From NCBI GenBank assembly GCA_031411295.1, contig JANOAV010000097.1, forward strand, positions 1 to 11,217: a DNA stretch of 11,217 nt. The letters run 5' to 3'. Made by a program: the position numbers and the translations under genes. This document shows, piece after piece, positions 7,219 through 11,217 of this stretch. The stretch's first letter is position 1. Each line of letters opens with the position of its first letter. The notes beneath the pieces are model-generated. The model was not told the origin of the DNA. It worked only from the letters and a program-made list of their open reading frames with translations, and searched no databases. The DNA is from Verrucomicrobiales bacterium (lineage in GTDB: Bacteria > Verrucomicrobiota > Verrucomicrobiia > Verrucomicrobiales > V1-33).

Positions 7219-8093
7219 GTTTCCGTCTCGAAATGCTGCAAGTGGCCCGCCTGGCCCCCAATCTTTTAGGCGACGCAGCCACGTTAGTGGGAGATTTCCT
7301 GCTCTCCCAGCTTAATCCGGACGGAGGCTTCAAGGATCGCGCAGGTCGGAGCGATCTTTATTATACACTGTTTGGCGTGGAGGGCTTGCTCGCCCTGCAG
7401 CAGCCACTTCCTCACGAATCCATCCGTCATTTCCTCCGCAGTCATGGCACGGGGGACCGTTTGGATTTCGTGCACCTCAGTTGCCTGCTGCGTTGCTGGT
7501 CAGCGCTGGGCGGGGCGGAACCCGAATTGTTGCAGACGCTGAGCCAACACGTAGAGAAATTCCGCACCCTCGACGGCGGCTACAGCCAGAAACCCAACGC
7601 CCAGCGGTGCACCGCCTACGGCTGCCTCTTGGGCTGGGCCGCTCAAGCCGATGCCGGCCACCCCATGGAAGATCGCCACCACCTGGAAACCTGCCTTGAA
7701 AGCCTCCGCACCGCCGATGGTGCATACGCCAACGAGCCTGGACTTCCCTTCGGAACCACCACCGCCACCGCAGCCGCCATCGCCCTGCATCGCCAACTCC
7801 GCCGAACCCCCAATCCAGCACTGGGAAATTGGCTCCTGCAACAAGCCGACACAGCCGGAGGATTCAAAGCCTTCCCTCAGGCCCCCATGCCAGACCTACT
7901 TTCCACCGCCGTAGCCCTGCATGCGCTTGATGCCCTCCAAACAGACTACGCTCCGCACAAGGAGGCCTGCCTCGACTTCATTGACACGCTCTGGTCCGCC
8001 GAAGGGGGCTTCCATGGAACTTGGGCTGACGATGTCTTGGACTGCGAATACAACTACTACGGCCTCCTCGCCCTGGGCCACCTCAGCCTCTAA
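7215..8093 (+). CDS. Prenyltransferase/squalene oxidase repeat protein (protein prenyltransferase beta-subunit-like alpha/alpha barrel)
   Basis: 292 aa. The GTG start overlaps the upstream TGA (GTGA 7215-7218). Five QxxDGG(F/Y)-type repeats: QLNPDGGF, RTLDGGY, RTADGAY, QADTAGGF, WSAEGGF, each followed by a hydrophobic helix (e.g. SDLYYTLFG, PDLLSTAVAL, DCEYNYYGLLAL). Confidence 0.9.
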   Translation: MSFRLEMLQVARLAPNLLGDAATLVGDFLLSQLNPDGGFKDRAGRSDLYYTLFGVEGLLALQQPLPHESIRHFLRSHGTGDRLDFVHLSCLLRCWSALGGAEPELLQTLSQHVEKFRTLDGGYSQKPNAQRCTAYGCLLGWAAQADAGHPMEDRHHLETCLESLRTADGAYANEPGLPFGTTTATAAAIALHRQLRRTPNPALGNWLLQQADTAGGFKAFPQAPMPDLLSTAVALHALDALQTDYAPHKEACLDFIDTLWSAEGGFHGTWADDVLDCEYNYYGLLALGHLSL

Positions 8094-8164
8094 GATACCT
8101 CCTTTCCCCAACAACTTCGGCCTCAGCTGCCGCTATATTTCGTGTGAAACCTTTCGTCCGCCTC

Positions 8165-8201
8165 TTGCATTGTGAACTTCTGGTTTTATGCTTACCATAA
8201 T
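8165..8201 (+). promoter_or_regulatory. Candidate overlapping sigma70-type promoters for clpC
   Basis: TTGCAT (8165-8170)-N16-TATGCT (8187-8192) and TTGTGA (8170-8175)-N17-TACCAT (8193-8198). CATAAT also occurs at 8196-8201. About 90 nt upstream of the start. Confidence 0.45.
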
Positions 8202-8286
8202 CAAGATCCCAAAACCAACCAAATCCCCCCTAGATTTCCCTCCATCCTCGACTCCTGATAACCTCAAGATCGACAACCAGTAACTC

Positions 8287-10857
8287 ATGATGAATAATTT
8301 TACCCCCCGAGCCCAACAAGTCCTGGCCCTCGCGCGTAAGGAAGCGGACCGCTTCAATCATAACTACGTGGGCACGGAACATCTTTTGCTGGGCCTAATA
8401 AAGTTAGGCCAAGGTGTGGCCGTCAACGTCCTGCAAAAATTGGGCCTCGACTTGGAAACCGTGCGCATGGAAGTGGAAAAGCACGTCGGTTCCGGCCAGG
8501 AATCCAAAATGGCGGGCAACATTCCATATACCCCTCGAGTCAAGAAAGTCCTCGCGCTGGCCAGCAAGGAAGCCCGCGCGCTAAACCACAGCTATGTAGG
8601 CACGGAACACATTTTATTGGGCCTCCTGCGCGAAGGTGAAGGCGTGGCCGCCCATGTGCTAAAGAGCTTGGAAATCGACATCGAACGGACCCGCACGGAA
8701 ATCCTCAAGGAGATCGACCCTAACTTCACGCCCTCAGCCGAGGATGAAGAAGAAGCCCCCACCTCTAGCACTGGTAGCTTCCAAGAATCTCCCCCCCCCG
8801 CCTCGGGGAAGGCCAAAGATAGCAAGACCCCAGCCCTCAAGGCCTTCGGTCGCGATCTCACCGAGATGGCGCAGAAGGCCGAATTGGATCCGGTTATCGG
8901 TCGGGCCGATGAAATCGAGCGCGTGATTCAAATCCTTTGCCGCCGCACCAAAAACAATCCTGTCCTCATTGGTGAAGCAGGCGTGGGCAAGACCGCCATC
9001 GTTGAAGGTTTGGCGCAGGAAATTGTGGCTGGCAACGTGCCGGAACTACTGCGCGACAAAAAAGTAATCACCTTGGATCTCGCACTCATGGTGGCAGGGA
9101 CCAAGTATCGCGGCCAGTTCGAGGAACGCATCAAGGCCGTGATGGACGAAATCCGTCGCAGCAAGAATGTGATTTTGTTCATCGACGAACTCCATACCAT
9201 CGTTGGCGCAGGCAGTGCCGAAGGCGCCATGGATGCCTCCAACATTATCAAACCCGCCCTGAGCCGGGGCGAGATGCAGTGCGTGGGTGCCACCACGATG
9301 AACGAGTATCGCAAGTATATCGAGAAAGACTCCGCACTGGAGCGTCGCTTCCAAACCGTCAAGGTGAACGAGCCCAACATTGATGACGCCATCAAGATCC
9401 TCATGGGGATCCGTCATAAATATGAACTGCACCACAAGGCCGTCTATGACGACGACGCTATTGCTTCCGCCGTGCGACTGTCCGACCGCTACCTCACTGG
9501 ACGATTCCTGCCCGACAAGGCCATCGACATCATGGACGAAGCCGGTTCCCGCGCCCGCATCGCAGCACTGACCCGTCCACCCCAGCTTAAGGAAATTGAA
9601 GCCGAGATCGAGGAGATCCGCATCAACAAGGAAAAGGCGATCAAGGATCAGGATTTCGAAAAAGCCGCCAGCCTGCGCGATCATGAACGCCAAGCCAAGA
9701 AGCGCTTGGAAAACGTGCTCGAAGAGTGGCGGCACTCTAACGAAGAGAAAAAAGTCCGCGTGACGAACGAAGAAATTATGGCGGTCGTTTCCAAATGGAC
9801 CGGCGTGCCACTGCAACGCATGGAAGAAAAGGAAACGCAGAAACTCCTGAAGATGGAAGACGAAATGAAGCGTCGCGTCATCGGTCAGGACGAGGGCATT
9901 ACTGCCATTTCCAAGGCCCTCCGCCGCAGCCGTGCCGACTTGAAGGATCCGCGTCGCCCCATCGGCAGCTTCCTCTTCCTTGGGCCTACTGGTGTTGGTA
10001 AGACCTACCTCGCCCGCAATCTTGCCGAATTCATGTTTGGCGATCCGGATGCGCTGATCCAGATCGACATGTCTGAATACATGGAGAAATTCACCGCCAG
10101 CCGACTGGTGGGCTCCCCTCCGGGCTACGTGGGCTATGAGGAAGGCGGTCAACTTTCCGAAGCCGTGCGTCGTCGGCCCTACAGCGTGGTGCTGTTTGAC
10201 GAAGTGGAAAAAGCCCACCCGGATGTGCTGCATTTGCTCCTGCAAATCCTGGAAGAAGGCACCCTAACCGACAGCATGGCCCGGAAGATCGACTTCCGCA
10301 ATACCATCATCATCATGACCTCCAATGTTGGGGCTGAACTCATCAGGAAACAGAACACCATGGGCTTCGGGGCCATGGGCGTTGATGCTGCCCATGAGGA
10401 CTACGGTGCCATGAAGGACAAGATCACGGAGCAGGCCAAGAAAGTTTTCAAACCTGAATTTATCAACCGTCTGTCTGCCCTCATCGTCTTCCACACTCTG
10501 AGCAGGGAAAACATCCTGCGCATTGTAGATCTGGAAGTGGACAACGTGCTCAAGCGCATCAAAGACAAGGGCATCAATGTGACCTTGGATCAAAGTGCGC
10601 GCGATTTGCTGATGAAAGAAGGCTACGATCCCATGTATGGCGCGCGTCCGATGCGTCGGGCGGTCGAGACTTACATCGAAGACCCGCTCGCGGAGCATTT
10701 GCTGCGTGGAGAAGTCAAAGATGGCGACACCGTGGCCGCCACCCTGCCCGAGGGCGAGAAATTCCTCAAATTTGTGATCGAAACCAACGGTCAAAGCAAG
10801 CCGCATCCAGACAAGGATACGGCCATCGAAGCCGAGGTCACGGCAGCAAACCCTTAA
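8287..10857 (+). CDS. clpC: ATP-dependent Clp protease ATP-binding subunit ClpC
   Basis: 856 aa (start 8287 or the adjacent ATG 8290). Two Clp-N repeats ([26 protein letters not shown]). NBD1 with GEAGVGKT and LFIDELH. Short UVR-type M domain ([18 protein letters not shown]). NBD2 with GPTGVGKT and LFDEVEKAH. ClpP-docking MGF loop and YGARPMRR. The short M domain plus MGF exclude ClpB. Confidence 0.97.
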   Translation: MMNNFTPRAQQVLALARKEADRFNHNYVGTEHLLLGLIKLGQGVAVNVLQKLGLDLETVRMEVEKHVGSGQESKMAGNIPYTPRVKKVLALASKEARALNHSYVGTEHILLGLLREGEGVAAHVLKSLEIDIERTRTEILKEIDPNFTPSAEDEEEAPTSSTGSFQESPPPASGKAKDSKTPALKAFGRDLTEMAQKAELDPVIGRADEIERVIQILCRRTKNNPVLIGEAGVGKTAIVEGLAQEIVAGNVPELLRDKKVITLDLALMVAGTKYRGQFEERIKAVMDEIRRSKNVILFIDELHTIVGAGSAEGAMDASNIIKPALSRGEMQCVGATTMNEYRKYIEKDSALERRFQTVKVNEPNIDDAIKILMGIRHKYELHHKAVYDDDAIASAVRLSDRYLTGRFLPDKAIDIMDEAGSRARIAALTRPPQLKEIEAEIEEIRINKEKAIKDQDFEKAASLRDHERQAKKRLENVLEEWRHSNEEKKVRVTNEEIMAVVSKWTGVPLQRMEEKETQKLLKMEDEMKRRVIGQDEGITAISKALRRSRADLKDPRRPIGSFLFLGPTGVGKTYLARNLAEFMFGDPDALIQIDMSEYMEKFTASRLVGSPPGYVGYEEGGQLSEAVRRRPYSVVLFDEVEKAHPDVLHLLLQILEEGTLTDSMARKIDFRNTIIIMTSNVGAELIRKQNTMGFGAMGVDAAHEDYGAMKDKITEQAKKVFKPEFINRLSALIVFHTLSRENILRIVDLEVDNVLKRIKDKGINVTLDQSARDLLMKEGYDPMYGARPMRRAVETYIEDPLAEHLLRGEVKDGDTVAATLPEGEKFLKFVIETNGQSKPHPDKDTAIEAEVTAANP

Positions 10858-10888
10858 AGCAGGCAGTCCTGCCTGAAAATACTCAACC

Positions 10889-10926
10889 GCAGGCGCGCTC
10901 CCACCGGAGCGCGCCTGCTGCTTTAA
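10889..10926 (+). terminator. Probable intrinsic terminator or 3' stabilising hairpin of clpC
   Basis: Perfect 13-bp stem GCAGGCGCGCTCC (10889-10901) / GGAGCGCGCCTGC (10906-10918) with a CACC loop, 31 nt after the stop. The U-tract is weak (TGCTTT). Confidence 0.65.
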
Positions 10927-11025
10927 GTAGTCATGGGCTTCAGCCCGCACACACGTCCCAAGCGGACTCAAACGTCCGATTCACGGGGAAGGTTCCACGG
11001 GCTGAAGCCGAATGGCGCTTACTTA
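10924..11025. repeat. REPIN-like element: inverted pair of GTAG-type REP-like palindromes
   Basis: GTAG (10927-10930) followed by palindrome GGGC-TTCA-GCCC (10935-10946). GGCTTCAGCCCG (10936-10947) is the exact reverse complement of CGGGCTGAAGCC (10998-11009). Outer ends are TAAGTA (10924-10929) and TACTTA (11020-11025). Confidence 0.55.
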
Positions 11026-11110
11026 GTGCCCAAAACCTTGTGGTATCAGCTTTGCCTAGGTTTGGCTTGCAGCACAACCGACTTGGCCCCGCCACAAAGC
11101 TGCTCGCAAA

Positions 11111-11137
11111 GTAGCCGTCATCGCTCCGCGTGACGGC
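11111..11137 (+). repeat. Second, different GTAG-led REP-like palindrome
   Basis: GTAG (11111-11114) runs into GCCGTCA-T-CGC-TCC-GCG-TGACGGC, a 10-bp stem with one bulge. Confidence 0.45.
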
Positions 11138-11176
11138 AGGCGTTAGCGTGCGCATGCGAGTTCGGAGCACGTCTGC

Positions 11177-11215
11177 CTAGCGCAGGACGGCGTTGGCATC
11201 AAGGGCGCATGGCAG
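11177..11215 (-). CDS. Possible 3' end of a convergent gene entering from the right edge (...LPCALDANAVLR*)
   Basis: Minus frame open from the edge to TAG at 11179-11177. Its 12 sense codons mostly end in G/C, as in the real genes here. Too short to be sure. Confidence 0.2.
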   Translation of the reverse strand: MPCALDANAVLR

Positions 11216-11217
11216 GG

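Noticed and set aside
7215..8093. Calling the barrel protein squalene-hopene cyclase (shc) or a true farnesyltransferase
   Set aside because: It is half the length of SHC, has no DXDD, and the Zn-ligand pattern of FTase/GGTase beta is not preserved.
9046..10245. 399-aa antisense ORF inside clpC (also 10264-10971 and 8928-9404)
   Set aside because: These lie on the opposite strand of a highly conserved gene. Long antisense frames are an expected by-product of codon bias in GC-rich genes, and the translations show no motifs.
8287..10857. ClpB, ClpA or ClpV (type VI secretion) assignment
   Set aside because: The short UVR-type M domain and the MGF ClpP-binding loop indicate ClpC; no T6SS genes are present.
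10933..11170. Short ORFs 10933-11133 (+) and 10940-11170 (-)
   Set aside because: They run through palindromic repeat-like DNA, have atypical composition and show no motif.
10858..11217. tRNA, tmRNA, SRP or RNase P RNA in the 3' structured region
   Set aside because: I found no T-loop/D-loop cloverleaf, tmRNA termini, SRP loop or RNase P P4 signature by eye; an Rfam scan would settle it.

Overview
An 11.2 kb chromosomal window, GC-rich in the genes and AT-richer between them. It is most likely from a Verrucomicrobiota genome, inferred from the ClpC N-terminus [22 protein letters not shown] and the absence of Shine-Dalgarno motifs. It holds seven complete genes: (+) a fused class II aldolase/short-chain dehydrogenase (RhaEW/YuxG-like); (-) an hflK-hflC operon; (+) a tight three-gene unit encoding a membrane-anchored OB-fold-like protein, a large exported helical protein and a stand-alone prenyltransferase/squalene-cyclase-repeat protein; and (+) clpC. 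After clpC come a strong hairpin and a cluster of GTAG-type REP-like palindromes. Short gene fragments may lie at both edges. I see no mobile-element genes, CRISPR array, rRNA or tRNA. The best candidate for an undescribed system is the three-gene unit at 4790-8093, which lies between two proteostasis loci (hflKC and clpC). Its function cannot be established from sequence alone.
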